Source: a virus. Taken from it: DNA of 64,000 bases. The notes under the pieces were generated by a model that was not told where the DNA came from, searched no databases, and worked only from the letters and a program-made list of their open reading frames with translations. This document shows positions 1 through 11,100 of the stretch, piece by piece. The stretch covers positions 6,152-70,151 of IMG/VR virus record IMGVR_UViG_3300021959_000028; one strand, 5' to 3'. A program made the translations under genes and the position numbers. Positions within the stretch are counted from its first letter, which is position 1, and every line of letters begins with the position of its first letter.

Positions 1-1221
1 CGAAAGTATGTCTAACTCTTCTTCAGGAATAAGTTTAATTTCAGTACCTACTCCTTCAACATACCATTCTCCAGTAGCATATTTTTCTGGAACTACTTCC
101 CCGCCAAAATTTACTTTTAAACCGTTTGTAAGTTCTACAGAGTTACCACTCTTGTATGTTTTCTTACCTAATATTTCGTTTTCAACATCAATAAAGCTAG
201 CTTCTTCAATATCATATATTCTAAATAATCCGCTAGTATCAATAGCATTTTTGCTTACATAATAAAGTGTATCAGGCGCAGTTAAAGGAATCTTAAATTC
301 TATTACACCCTTTTCTATATAAACAGTATCTCCGGTAATAGTATTACCTTCTCCGTCGGTATATTCTATACCTTGCTCATAAACACTTGATATATTTTCA
401 TCTGCTTCAAAAGTTAGAGATAGCTCTTGTTCGATTACAGTAGGACCGCCGTAATCAAAAGCTTCGGCATCAAACAATTCAACATCAAATCGTCCAGTAC
501 TAGTTACTTCTTTATTTTCATAAACAACAACTGCATCGCCTGGTAAAAAGGTTCTATTAACTGCAAATGCAATTGGATGACCAGGACAATCAATTTCAAA
601 TCTATATGTCTGACCTCTATAAAGTTTTAAAGTAGGATTAGGAGTAAATCCTGGAGGGCTAAATTTATAAACAGTATTATCGTCTTGAACTTCAGTAGTT
701 ACTGAATATGTACTAACAATTTCTGTAGTTTGACCAAAAACGTTTACAGTTTGTGGACCATTTGGCAGCCAATAATACTCACGAAAATTTACAAACTTAT
801 CCCAATCAATTGCTGGATCCCAAGAATAGTATTCTTGACTGTTTAAAAGACTTTGATTACTAACAGTGCCATTAAAAGAACTTATTTGGTTTATTAAATC
901 AGTATAATCTTTATGGAATAATACATTATCTAAATCATCAACTACTACAGCCGCAGGTTCTAATTGTCTATTTTGACGCTGTATAGTAACATCTTCTACA
1001 TAAGAATCTGACGGTTTATAACTTTTTGCAGTTTTTCTTCCGTAAAACGCATTGATCTTTTCTGCAACACCAGGTTGTATCAATTGGTCTATTGTGCTTG
1101 AAAGAAATTTTTCATTAGTTTTTGTCCTAAAGTATTTAGGTAAAAAGACAGAACTTTTTCTTTTGCCGGTGTTGTCTCCTGCTGGAAGAGGAAAATCGTT
1201 TTGATCGTCGTTGTAAGCCAT
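1..1221 (-). CDS. Large baseplate/virion structural protein, N-terminal part only (runs off the window edge)
   Basis: Not in the ORF track because there is no stop in the window. ATG at 1221-1219 overlaps the upstream TAA (TAATG). Reads MAYNDDQNDFPLPAG...FLPKYFRTKTNEKFL...YYSWDPAIDWDKFVNFREYYWLPNGP. Lies downstream of the gp6-like gene, which suggests a gp7-like wedge protein. Confidence 0.7.
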   Translation of the reverse strand, partial: MAYNDDQNDFPLPAGDNTGKRKSSVFLPKYFRTKTNEKFLSSTIDQLIQPGVAEKINAFYGRKTAKSYKPSDSYVEDVTIQRQNRQLEPAAVVVDDLDNVLFHKDYTDLINQISSFNGTVSNQSLLNSQEYYSWDPAIDWDKFVNFREYYWLPNGPQTVNVFGQTTEIVSTYSVTTEVQDDNTVYKFSPPGFTPNPTLKLYRGQTYRFEIDCPGHPIAFAVNRTFLPGDAVVVYENKEVTSTGRFDVELFDAEAFDYGGPTVIEQELSLTFEADENISSVYEQGIEYTDGEGNTITGDTVYIEKGVIEFKIPLTAPDTLYYVSKNAIDTSGLFRIYDIEEASFIDVENEILGKKTYKSGNSVELTNGLKVNFGGEVVPEKYATGEWYVEGVGTEIKLIPEEELDILS

Positions 1222-4200
1222 TAGTAACTAAAGCCTCCACTGCTGCTTAAATTTGTGTTGGATGGTGAGCTTTGCAATCCTGTTGTATTTGTAATTGAAC
1301 TTTGTGTTACAACATTTCCGCTAGCCTGTATTTTTGAAGCTGTTATTTCGTCAATTATCTCAACATCAGTAACTGTTGCTCCATTAATAAAAATCTCATC
1401 TGCTTCTGATTTAATTTCAAATAAACTACCGAAGCTTTGAGAAACTTGATTAGGAACAATAATAAAACTTACTATATCCGGTGATGCGTAGTTAATTACA
1501 TATGTTGCCATTTCCTGGAAGTAAAATGTATCACCAAATTCCCAATTTTCTAAAGCAAAAAATTGATTTATAGCTTCAATTACCCTAGTTTTAATATCGT
1601 TATTATTTAAAACAACTTCGCTGTTTTTAACAACTTTAAAAGTTGCTTGTAAATCTTCGTTTGCTTTTGGACCAAATAACACTTTATATTTAACTGGATG
1701 ATATATTACATCATCGCTAAGTGATTTGATTTTATTAATTTCTTGTCCATATGATCTAAATATTTCATCTGAGCTAGGAGGTAATGGTTTGCTGTTTAGC
1801 GTTCCTTTAAGCCAATTTCTATAATTTAAATCATAATTTTTACTTAAAATATAAGTATCGATAATATTACTTGCACTAGGATCTATACGGCTGTTGTCGT
1901 CAGCAGCATGTACGTAATGGAACTTTAACTTGTCTCTTCCGATCCTTGCTTTATAGCCATTTTCTGATTCTAAACTGTTAGTAGTTTTATTATATTTTAA
2001 GAAATAATCATCGCCATAAAAATAAAAAATTGCACCATCGTTGTAAGAGCTTTGTGGCATCGGTAATGGTAATTCGTTATAAATGTATATGTCTAATTTA
2101 GATTTGTCAACATATCTATAATCCTCAGTACCTGCTTGTGTTTTATATTTTTCTAAGAAAATATATTTCTCATTAACTGGTATATTATTCTCAGCTACGA
2201 TGTCAAAGAAAATTTCAGGATTGTCAACTACTCCATCTGAATCGTTATCGTAAAAACCTACTTGAATTTTTGTACTATCGACATAGTTGTCAGGATCTCT
2301 GTATTCTTCAAGTATTTCCCAATCATAATCCAACGACAGCGCACCTGTATTTGCAGATCCAGGGATTGTGTTAATATTTAAAACTGTAATTCTATCTTTA
2401 ACAATTTTTCCTGTTCTATTATCATAAATTTTATCACCACTATCGAAATAAAATTTAATTTCTTCGTCACTTTCAAAAATGTAACGCATGCTTCTTCGAG
2501 TTATAGTATAAGTTTCGCCATTAGTTTCAAACAGTAATAGCCAACTAGAGTCTAGATTTTGACCGCTAGTATCACCTGAAAATCCTAAACTAAACTCATT
2601 TTTTGACAAGTTGACGTTTGTAATAACTTTCCATTGTCTATCATTTACGTCATATCTTAGTCCAAACTCGTTATAAGCAAAAGCTTGATCTATCATTTGA
2701 ATTTTTACATCGTCAGTTACTGCCTTTACGATTGGTGGAATAATTTGTACTAAAGTAGCATATACATCATCATTTAATGCTTGTGGTATCTTATCACTTA
2801 AAATAATTCCGCCAGCGCCGCTAAGAGCCTGTGTGTCGTTGCCAGTGCCGACTACTTGTATTACTTTCGTCCAAATATAAGTTTTTCCTCCTTGAGGCAA
2901 ACTTCCTGTGTACTGAACTAAATTGTTATTTTCATCAAAGTAGTATCCTGAGGGTGGTTGAAATTTAAGAAGAGCATCAGCTTCAATAAATCTAAGATTA
3001 TTTGCAGTAAATGATCCTACACTGTATGCTTCGCCGTCTGGGTCTGTCACATATCCTTTGAAATTGTTTGTATCTTCTTGTGATACTATCCATTTTGGTA
3101 AAAGGTCAACAGTGCTAATTTCAGGATATTTTTCATAATAGTAATTTTTAACAGATGCATTACCTAGAAGAGACTGAACTTCGTTGACAATAACTCCTTC
3201 AATGTCTGTTTGTGTACTAAAACTAAATGATGTTTTCTTTGTAAAAAATTCTTTATAAATTACACCGTCATTACCATATAGATTGGTTGTAGAATACTTT
3301 CCTGTTGCATCTCTAAGATCAAAATATCTGCTTATTCCGCTTGATATTCTATTAACACTTTTTGTCTTGATTACATCTTGACTTACGCCTAAAGGACCAA
3401 GATTATAATCTTCTCCTGTAACTAATCGATTCTGTGTATAATACGTGCTCGGAGCGTTGCTCTTAATACTATTATTAGTTTCGCTTGTAGCACTATTTGA
3501 AACAGTGTACTGAAGACCTAGTGTAAATGTTATAGTTTGTACTTGTCCACTTTTTGAAAGATAAGGAACATCAATAGTAATGTTTTGCATTGATCTAGGA
3601 GAAATTATCATTGCTCTATTAGCACTAGTTCTAAAGTATGCTCTATAATTTCCGCTAGGTAAATTTCCAAAAACACCATCACTAAAAATAAGATTTATTC
3701 TATCGTCTGCACGAGTTTGCACAGCATAAACTGTTCTAATACCTTTATTAATACTGTTGTATATAATGTTATTGCCTTCAACAGCATCAACTTTTGTCCA
3801 TAATTCGTTTTCGTTTCCGTTTGAATCTAATTCAAACAACCAAACATCTGAATTGTTAATATTTGGAGTGTCAATTGCAACTGTTTGATTTGGTGTTGGA
3901 TTGGTTACGTTAAAGTTACCATTTTCTAAAACACCTTGTCTAAAATGCATAAAGAATCCAGTATTAGAACTACTTGCACCTTGTCCGTCATCTCTATATA
4001 AAAAGCTAAAATTATTTCCAGGAACAGGAGGTTCTTCAACTATATTTCCATCTTCGATTGTTGAACTAACTACTTGGAATCGTGTATTTCTGCCTTCAAT
4101 CGGTTTTTGAAAGTTGTATGCTGGAACATCTGTATTAATTCCGTTAACACGATATTGTGATGTTGGAACACCTGAAATATTTTCAAGTTTCACCGGACGT

Positions 4201-4712
4201 CCAAAAACATTAATAGCAGGAAGACTAGTATTAACAATTCTAATAGTTTGTTCTAGCCAGTTACTATTAGCTGCATCATTCCAAACTACGGTTTGTCCTC
4301 TAAGGTTAACACCGTTGCTGTCAATAACATCTTCTGTAGTTTTGACACTTAGCACTTTTAGCAAGCCGTTTGCTGTTTGATTACGTTTAGGGTTATAGGA
4401 AAGCAATCTTGCTAAACGTAATATACTTTCTCGGCGTTCTGCTAATTCGAGATAATTTTCTCTTGAATTAAGGTCAATCCTGTAACTTAAATTCTGACCT
4501 AAGAAAGAAATTAAATCAATTAATGCTAGGTATTCTGAACTTTCAATATAATCGTTAAAATCTTCAGGATAATTTTCTCGAAGATATGCAATCATAGTTC
4601 TTCTTAAATTATCAAAATCGTAACTTTGAAATTCTGCGTTTCTAAATGATTGGTAAATGCGTTTCCAATCTTCAGCTACTAGCAGTCTGTTTTGTCTATC
4701 TGTAATCGACAT
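1221..4712 (-). CDS. Baseplate wedge subunit, T4 gp6-like
   Basis: N-terminal DFDNLRRTMIAYL...FNDYIESS...LIDL...ENYLELAERRESILRLARLLSYNPKR and internal QNRLVTGEDY match the gp6/baseplate J pattern. Adjacent to gp25. Confidence 0.85.
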   Translation of the reverse strand: MSITDRQNRLLVAEDWKRIYQSFRNAEFQSYDFDNLRRTMIAYLRENYPEDFNDYIESSEYLALIDLISFLGQNLSYRIDLNSRENYLELAERRESILRLARLLSYNPKRNQTANGLLKVLSVKTTEDVIDSNGVNLRGQTVVWNDAANSNWLEQTIRIVNTSLPAINVFGRPVKLENISGVPTSQYRVNGINTDVPAYNFQKPIEGRNTRFQVVSSTIEDGNIVEEPPVPGNNFSFLYRDDGQGASSSNTGFFMHFRQGVLENGNFNVTNPTPNQTVAIDTPNINNSDVWLFELDSNGNENELWTKVDAVEGNNIIYNSINKGIRTVYAVQTRADDRINLIFSDGVFGNLPSGNYRAYFRTSANRAMIISPRSMQNITIDVPYLSKSGQVQTITFTLGLQYTVSNSATSETNNSIKSNAPSTYYTQNRLVTGEDYNLGPLGVSQDVIKTKSVNRISSGISRYFDLRDATGKYSTTNLYGNDGVIYKEFFTKKTSFSFSTQTDIEGVIVNEVQSLLGNASVKNYYYEKYPEISTVDLLPKWIVSQEDTNNFKGYVTDPDGEAYSVGSFTANNLRFIEADALLKFQPPSGYYFDENNNLVQYTGSLPQGGKTYIWTKVIQVVGTGNDTQALSGAGGIILSDKIPQALNDDVYATLVQIIPPIVKAVTDDVKIQMIDQAFAYNEFGLRYDVNDRQWKVITNVNLSKNEFSLGFSGDTSGQNLDSSWLLLFETNGETYTITRRSMRYIFESDEEIKFYFDSGDKIYDNRTGKIVKDRITVLNINTIPGSANTGALSLDYDWEILEEYRDPDNYVDSTKIQVGFYDNDSDGVVDNPEIFFDIVAENNIPVNEKYIFLEKYKTQAGTEDYRYVDKSKLDIYIYNELPLPMPQSSYNDGAIFYFYGDDYFLKYNKTTNSLESENGYKARIGRDKLKFHYVHAADDNSRIDPSASNIIDTYILSKNYDLNYRNWLKGTLNSKPLPPSSDEIFRSYGQEINKIKSLSDDVIYHPVKYKVLFGPKANEDLQATFKVVKNSEVVLNNNDIKTRVIEAINQFFALENWEFGDTFYFQEMATYVINYASPDIVSFIIVPNQVSQSFGSLFEIKSEADEIFINGATVTDVEIIDEITASKIQASGNVVTQSSITNTTGLQSSPSNTNLSSSGGFSY

Positions 4713-4735
4713 CCGGCTTTCCTTGTATTATATTA

Positions 4736-4762
4736 TATTTATGAGTTTTGATAATATGCGTA
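4736..4762 (-). promoter_or_regulatory. Putative late promoter: TAAATA with a TACGCA element 15 bp upstream
   Basis: Minus strand reads TACGCA-N15-TAAATA about 25 nt upstream of the gp6-like ATG. It resembles the T4 gp55 box TATAAATA. Confidence 0.55.
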
Positions 4763-4763
4763 T

Positions 4764-5210
4764 TTAACTAAGAAGGCCGATACTTTTGTCAAACTGCAAT
4801 CTCATTTGTTCTGCTATACTATAATCTAAATATATTAATGTACACTCAATTTGTAGTCCGTTTTCATACTCGTCAACAACTACTTGGTTTGCAGTTACCC
4901 TTGGATCGTAGTTAATAATATCTTGTACATTTTTTACAATAATTTGTTTTAAATTTTCAGTTAACGGCTCATATAAAACGTCCCAAATAATTGTTCCAAA
5001 TTCAGGATTTTCAAGTTTTTCGCCTTGTCTTATATGGAAATGATTTATAATATCTTGCTTAATTATAGCAAAATCGTACAAGCGAAAATCTGTATTTTCT
5101 GGATTAACTGTACTAATTCCTCTATAGTTTGCACTAGCAACAGGCTTAGGACTTCTAGAGTTACTAGGAACTGTTACCCTCTTATATAAATTTTTCTCTA
5201 ATGTACTCAT
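4764..5210 (-). CDS. Baseplate wedge/sheath initiator, T4 gp25-like
   Basis: IKQDIINHFHIRQGEKLENPEFGTIIWDVLYEPL...YDPRV is the GPW/gp25 signature. Confidence 0.9.
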   Translation of the reverse strand: MSTLEKNLYKRVTVPSNSRSPKPVASANYRGISTVNPENTDFRLYDFAIIKQDIINHFHIRQGEKLENPEFGTIIWDVLYEPLTENLKQIIVKNVQDIINYDPRVTANQVVVDEYENGLQIECTLIYLDYSIAEQMRLQFDKSIGLLS

Positions 5211-7612
5211 TATGCTCTCCTAATCGCTTCTCTACCCAAGTTATAATATTCGTCACCAGTAGTTCCGTATGCGTCTTGGCCGCCTTCACCTCTTGCCCAA
5301 GCCGATATCCCGCCTGCTCCTAACAAATGAGCTCCAAACAACAATCCTGCGATATGCTCTATATCATCGTTATCTGTAATAGCACCTCTTTGTCTTAAAA
5401 CTCTCAAATTAAAGTTTGCGTTTTCAATAACAGCAATTTCTTGACAGTTACCTTCATTACGCAACCAAGATTGGAAATTACTTGCACTATTTTTACCAGT
5501 CCAAACACTTGCATCTTGTAAAGCTCTGTTTCCTCTGTTGTATGTTCCAGCATTACAATAACCTAAAGTTTCAAGTGCAGCAGCACCAAATTGGTATTTT
5601 CCAGCAAATCCGATAGAATTAATTAATTCATATCTATTAGTACTTTCTCTAAATCCTAATGCTCCTGTCCAAGCTCTAGTTTGCTCCATCGTAAATCCAT
5701 TTATAGGCTGTGGTACATCTCCTTGATTTGGCTCTCCAATTGATCCTGTAAATTCTTGTGCAGTTGCAGCACTTACTCCTGATTGGCTAGGAGGCGCTAA
5801 ACGGTCTGCTCCTCCGCCGCCTGTTGATGATGGTGGAACTGATTGTGCTTGTGGATTATATCTTGATCCCGAACTTGTGCTATATCCACTTTTTCTAAAA
5901 GTGTCTTGCATCGGTGCAACTAAAGTTTCTGGTAATTGACCAGTTGCTTCTCTGTCAGTTTCTAAAGGTTTATATGCAATAGGGTTTAAGTTTTCGTGCT
6001 GCACATAAGGCTCATGTGTTGGCATACGCTTAACTATACTTTCTATTGTAAATGTAGTTAATGTTCCTGGTTCAACAGCAGGTAAGTTATGTCTTGTAAG
6101 GGGAATAACATCTGACGCACTCGCTGCTTGTGTGCCTGCAGATGATAACCCACTATCTAAAAATATCTCACTAGCGTCAGCAGCAATAACACCAGATGCC
6201 TGCATTGATATGCTCGATCCTGATTGTTCGTAAATTCCGCTTCCTGCAACAGTATGAGAACTTGTGCTTGTAGTTAAGTAATGCGATCCTCCAGCTTTAT
6301 GATGGCTATCAACATTTACTGTAACATACAAATCTCCTAATATGTGCTCATCACTTTGTCCTAGTACCGTTTTCTTAAAATTTTGTTCTACAAGTATATC
6401 TGTATCATACTTACTTTCAATATTAACACAGCCTGACAAGAATCCTCTAGAATCTGTTGGAGCATATTCGCTATATCTTGCACTTGCTCTAGCATTAATA
6501 TTTCTTCCAGCTTCTAAATTAATATCTCTATTAGCAGTTATGTTTAAATCTGCATCAGAATGTATACTAATACTATCTCTTCCATAAACATCTATTTTTC
6601 CATCGCTAGACATTTCTATCCAAGAAGTTCCTCTGCTATTAGCAATATAAATTAAATCTTCCGAATTATGCATTAAGATTTGATGGCCTGTTCTAGTTCT
6701 TAATCTTATATGCTCATTGTGAGGAATTGTTTTGTCTCCGCCTGTAGAACCAGACTCTACATTTATGTATTTCGGAGGACCTTCGCTTGCATGTGTTTCT
6801 CTTAGGAACTTATCATCGCCGTCATCCATGACAAAACTGCTTCCGCCTAGGCGGTTTACAAATATGTTTGCTTTTTGATCGTGTTCTCCGTATAATCCCT
6901 TTGGAGCACCGTCTCTTTTATCAACCGGGCCTGGTGTACTCCAACCAAAAACCATACTTGGAACTTCTCGACGAGCACTAGTTGTTGTAGTTCCTCTAGT
7001 TTCGTCGCTTATTAAACCTTGTATTTCTAAACTTTGTGCAAAATCTTTATTATAAGGTTTTCTAAATTGTGTAGGATCTCTTCCTGCGCCAGGATCAATT
7101 TGTTTATTAAATTCACCTACTGGTAATTTTTTACCTTGTAATTCATTAGGAACCGCAGTTGTAAGTTCTGTACTTGCACGACCATCAGGAACCATAAAGT
7201 TCATATATCTATCTTGTATACAACCTATCCAAAATCCTTGAGAAATATCGCCTTCGGCAAATACAACTAAAACTCTAGTATTCGGATCAGGAGGAACTGC
7301 CCACATTCCATAACTTTTTTGAGTATATTCGTAACCGTCATTTGCACTTGCATTACTAAATGCTGTTACACCATAAAACGGACTGAGATATCTAACTTCA
7401 ATTAATTGTCCAGTTCTTTCAGGTGCTGCACCACTTTTAGTTTTCTTTAAAAGTTCTACTTTTAATGCACCCATATATTGCGGATCAAGATGACTAACAA
7501 CAATTGCTTCATAAGGACCTGGATCCATACGTCCGCTAGTACGGGCGCCACCTGTTAAGTGTGCTGCCTGAGCTGTTTGTGTTGCACCTTTTATCCTACT
7601 GGTATCTGGCAT
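5210..7612 (-). CDS. Baseplate central spike, gp5/VgrG-like, with a C-terminal lysozyme-like domain
   Basis: OB-fold region (DPQYMGALKV...SYGMWAVPPDPNTRVLVVFAEG), beta-helix repeats (RTRTGHQILMHNSE, SIHSDADLNITANRDINLEAGRNIN) and C-terminal ALGFRES...GFAGKYQFG...HLLGAGG. Confidence 0.8.
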   Translation of the reverse strand: MPDTSRIKGATQTAQAAHLTGGARTSGRMDPGPYEAIVVSHLDPQYMGALKVELLKKTKSGAAPERTGQLIEVRYLSPFYGVTAFSNASANDGYEYTQKSYGMWAVPPDPNTRVLVVFAEGDISQGFWIGCIQDRYMNFMVPDGRASTELTTAVPNELQGKKLPVGEFNKQIDPGAGRDPTQFRKPYNKDFAQSLEIQGLISDETRGTTTTSARREVPSMVFGWSTPGPVDKRDGAPKGLYGEHDQKANIFVNRLGGSSFVMDDGDDKFLRETHASEGPPKYINVESGSTGGDKTIPHNEHIRLRTRTGHQILMHNSEDLIYIANSRGTSWIEMSSDGKIDVYGRDSISIHSDADLNITANRDINLEAGRNINARASARYSEYAPTDSRGFLSGCVNIESKYDTDILVEQNFKKTVLGQSDEHILGDLYVTVNVDSHHKAGGSHYLTTSTSSHTVAGSGIYEQSGSSISMQASGVIAADASEIFLDSGLSSAGTQAASASDVIPLTRHNLPAVEPGTLTTFTIESIVKRMPTHEPYVQHENLNPIAYKPLETDREATGQLPETLVAPMQDTFRKSGYSTSSGSRYNPQAQSVPPSSTGGGGADRLAPPSQSGVSAATAQEFTGSIGEPNQGDVPQPINGFTMEQTRAWTGALGFRESTNRYELINSIGFAGKYQFGAAALETLGYCNAGTYNRGNRALQDASVWTGKNSASNFQSWLRNEGNCQEIAVIENANFNLRVLRQRGAITDNDDIEHIAGLLFGAHLLGAGGISAWARGEGGQDAYGTTGDEYYNLGREAIRRA

Positions 7613-8187
7613 TAAAATCCTCTCCTAGGGTCGTTAAAGTCAGCACTATTCTGATCATTAATACTCTGCCTTAGTGCTGCTGTGCTTTGTGCATCATAAG
7701 TTGTACCTTGGTCTGCATTATCATTATTTACAATAACTTCTTGCGGTCCTGACGGAGTGTTGACTATTCTAGTTTCAGGTGCAGATATTGACTCGGCACC
7801 GCCGCCGGCTTGTCCTCCTGAGTTAGGAACATATGTTGATCCAGTACCAGATGTTGCAGCCTGAACTTTCAGTCCAGTAAGCTGTATGCGTAAATCATCT
7901 CCAGGTTCCATAGGATCATAAGGCCTAATAGTAGATGCTTGTGCAGCAGCTGGAGTTGCATATGGTGCTCCGCCTGTTGTATTAGTTACAGGTGTAGTTA
8001 CAGGAGCAATACCATTTACACCTGATTCTGAAGGTGCTACATTTGATGCATTTGTTCTAGCTGCACGAGCATCATCAGAATGATCTGTACCGGTTTGTCC
8101 AACAGCTGGAGGTGCAGTTTGTTGCCCTCTTTGATCAGTTGCGCCAGGTCTTTGGTCAGGGCCTCTAGGATCTAATGTATCTACCAT
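7612..8187 (-). CDS. Hypothetical low-complexity protein in the baseplate operon
   Basis: 191-aa ORF in operon orientation. Its stop overlaps the gp5-like start (TAATG). Confidence 0.65.
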   Translation of the reverse strand: MVDTLDPRGPDQRPGATDQRGQQTAPPAVGQTGTDHSDDARAARTNASNVAPSESGVNGIAPVTTPVTNTTGGAPYATPAAAQASTIRPYDPMEPGDDLRIQLTGLKVQAATSGTGSTYVPNSGGQAGGGAESISAPETRIVNTPSGPQEVIVNNDNADQGTTYDAQSTAALRQSINDQNSADFNDPRRGF

Positions 8188-8192
8188 CTATT

Positions 8193-11100
8193 TTACCCCG
8201 ATCTTCCTGGCGGTATTCTACCGTCTCTTGCACCTGTATATGTGCCGCCTTCGTTAGCACCTGCTGAGAAGTGCATCGCATCTTTAGAACTACGCCATGC
8301 ACCGCCCCAACCTAAACCGTGTTTTGCTGCTAATGCTCTCATTAAACTTCCTGTACCGTTTGCTGGCATATCTGTAACAAGTGGACCTGGCTTCATGTGA
8401 CCGTTTTGTGCAGGGTTAATATCAATAGCAAGTCCCATACTGTGCCAACTTCGTGTTCCTGTACCTGCAATATTTCTGTCTGATAGACCACCTATACTTC
8501 TAATTTCGTATCCTAATTCACCTTCAAGTTCGTCTACTAAACCTTGGAAATTTTCTGCATATAATTGAGCAACTGTTGCTGTTCTACCACCAGGAGTTCT
8601 AATTGTTGCTGTAGGACCTTCAGCTCCTGAATTACCAGGAACCGGAGTTGGAGCAGCAGTGCCTCCTGTTGAACCTAAACTCTGAGCACTTGAAGGGCCA
8701 GTTCCAGAACCACCTCCTGCACCGCCCCCTGGAACAGCAGCACCAGTTCCATTTGTAGCAGGGCCTCCAGGTGTTCCTGCTACACCAGCAGTACCTTCGT
8801 TGACTCTTCCTAATTCTGTTGTTGTTCCTTGTTGTGATATTAATCTCTCATTTGCAGCACCTTCGAGATTTTGATTTCGAACACGCAACATTTTTAATTC
8901 TTGTGTAAATCTTCCATTGTTAAATTTATGTAGGACTTCAAGTACTTGATACAATCCTCCAAAATTTTGTAAATCAGTAATTATATCTTCTTGAAAAACC
9001 ATTAAACCTGTAGACTCATTATAATCAATAGGAGTTCTAAATTTTAATAATGCATGTACTTGACTATATTGATAATCAATGCCGCCATCAGCAGTAATAT
9101 TAATACTAGGTCCTGCGGCAGCGGTGTAATTACCTACTCCAGTATCCGGAATGTAATAAGGATCTCCCCAAATTTCCATATCAACTTGCAGTAAGTCTAC
9201 ACCATCTAAAATAGTACCATGGAATTGTCGAGCAATTTGTTCTGCTACATTAGAATCATACGAGCCGCCTGCGCCCATTGACGCTCCACTTCCGAGGTAT
9301 GCTTTTGCACCTTCTTGTGCTGCGCCTGCAGGTGTTCCCATCTGAGCAGGAACTTCTGTTATAGCACTAGTGTTATCAGAACCCCCTGTGTTAGTACCTC
9401 TGTTAGAGTTTCCTAAACCTGCATTTATCATATCGTAAAAAGCAGCCTTAAACTCAAAATCTAAACTAAGAATATCTCTATTAAGACCAGTATATACATA
9501 ATTGTATTCTTTAACTACTTGTCTAGATAAGTTTGACGTGTTTGGTGTTGGATTATCTGGTGTACTAAATTTATCAGAACTTACCATATAAGGAACTACT
9601 TTGTAAACATAAATTCTAGGTTTACGTCCAAGAATTGATTCAGTAGCAGGTGCAGAAATTGGATAAACTTCTGATTCAACCTTAAACCAAGGTATGTTAC
9701 CATCTTGGTTTATTAAAGTCATTGCTGTCCTACCATAATCGCTAATAAGTACCATCTCTTCTATGATTTCTTGTATTGTCATATTTTGAGGAAATTTAAA
9801 AGTTCTATTTGTATTCGATATAGTTAATTCGATTCCGTTTCTACTAAAAACACCTGTCTCTTCATTAAGTGTAAATCCAGCATGTCCGAACGGATTATCG
9901 CCCGAAGCATTAAAGTCAGTAATAATTTGAGAATTACCAATAGGATTTACATCAGATATTCCTTGTAAATTTAGACTATCAAACAGTTGAGATGCTTCTT
10001 GCGAAACACTTGCAGTTAAAGTAGAGCTGTCTAATCCTGCTGCTCTTGCAAGAGCCGGATCAACTTGTCCTCGACCATATCCTACTCCAGCAACTTGGTT
10101 AGTGATTCCAGCATACCAATCTGTAACTACACTTTGCAAGTTATTTCTGAATTCTTCTCCACGTCTTTCAGCAACTTGTTCAGCTGCTGATAATAATCCA
10201 GGATCTACCGTTGCAGACCCTCCTACTGAACTAGATGGTGTATCTTGTTGATTTTCTCTAGTTAGAGGAAATGTTATCAAATACAAATCAGCTCTGTCAA
10301 TATTAGTCGATTCTTCAAATGATTGCTGTCTCTCGTTAATTGTAGATGCTAAACTTGCTGTTCCAAATCCTAACGATTCTGCAACAGTTGGTCCTGTAAA
10401 ATTTGTTTCAAAAGGAATTCGTTGGACTTCGTCTGAAAACGCATGATCGTTTATCGGAACTGCCTCAACTGTATAAACCGATCCTGCACCGTCAACACTA
10501 AACTCTGCATTAATAAGTCTAAAAGGAATATTTTTAGTTGTGTCTTCAATGTTTTGCGGGTTTCCGTTATTTTCGTCAAACCCTACAAATTGTATAGTTA
10601 ACAAATAATTTGCATCTGTATGGTTTGCATAACCGCAGGCCGTTGCTGCACCTTGCATAGATAATAACCATTGTCCAATACTGTAAGGTTCTATAATTTT
10701 AAAACTAATTTTTGTTCCGGTTGAAACACCTGATGATCTATTAGGACTTAATACACTTTTAAGTTCAACATCATCGATAAAATATTCTACTCTTCTTCCA
10801 GATGCTAACTCAAAATAATTTTGTACTCGTTTACCATTTATGCCACCGCCGCCAGATCTTAAAACTGTAACAGCCGGTCCGCCAGATCTATAAGAACTAG
10901 GAGAGACTACTTGATCATCTGACAAACAACCAATAGTAAAAATACAGTTATAAGAAGCATAATTTTCTAAAGGATTGCCTAGTCGTACATTTGGTCCTGG
11001 AGTATTAGATATTACACTTCCAGAACCTCCTGATGCTTGAAAAGAGTTACCTGTAATTCCTACAAGTTCAGAAAATGTACTTGCAACTGCACCTCCAAGT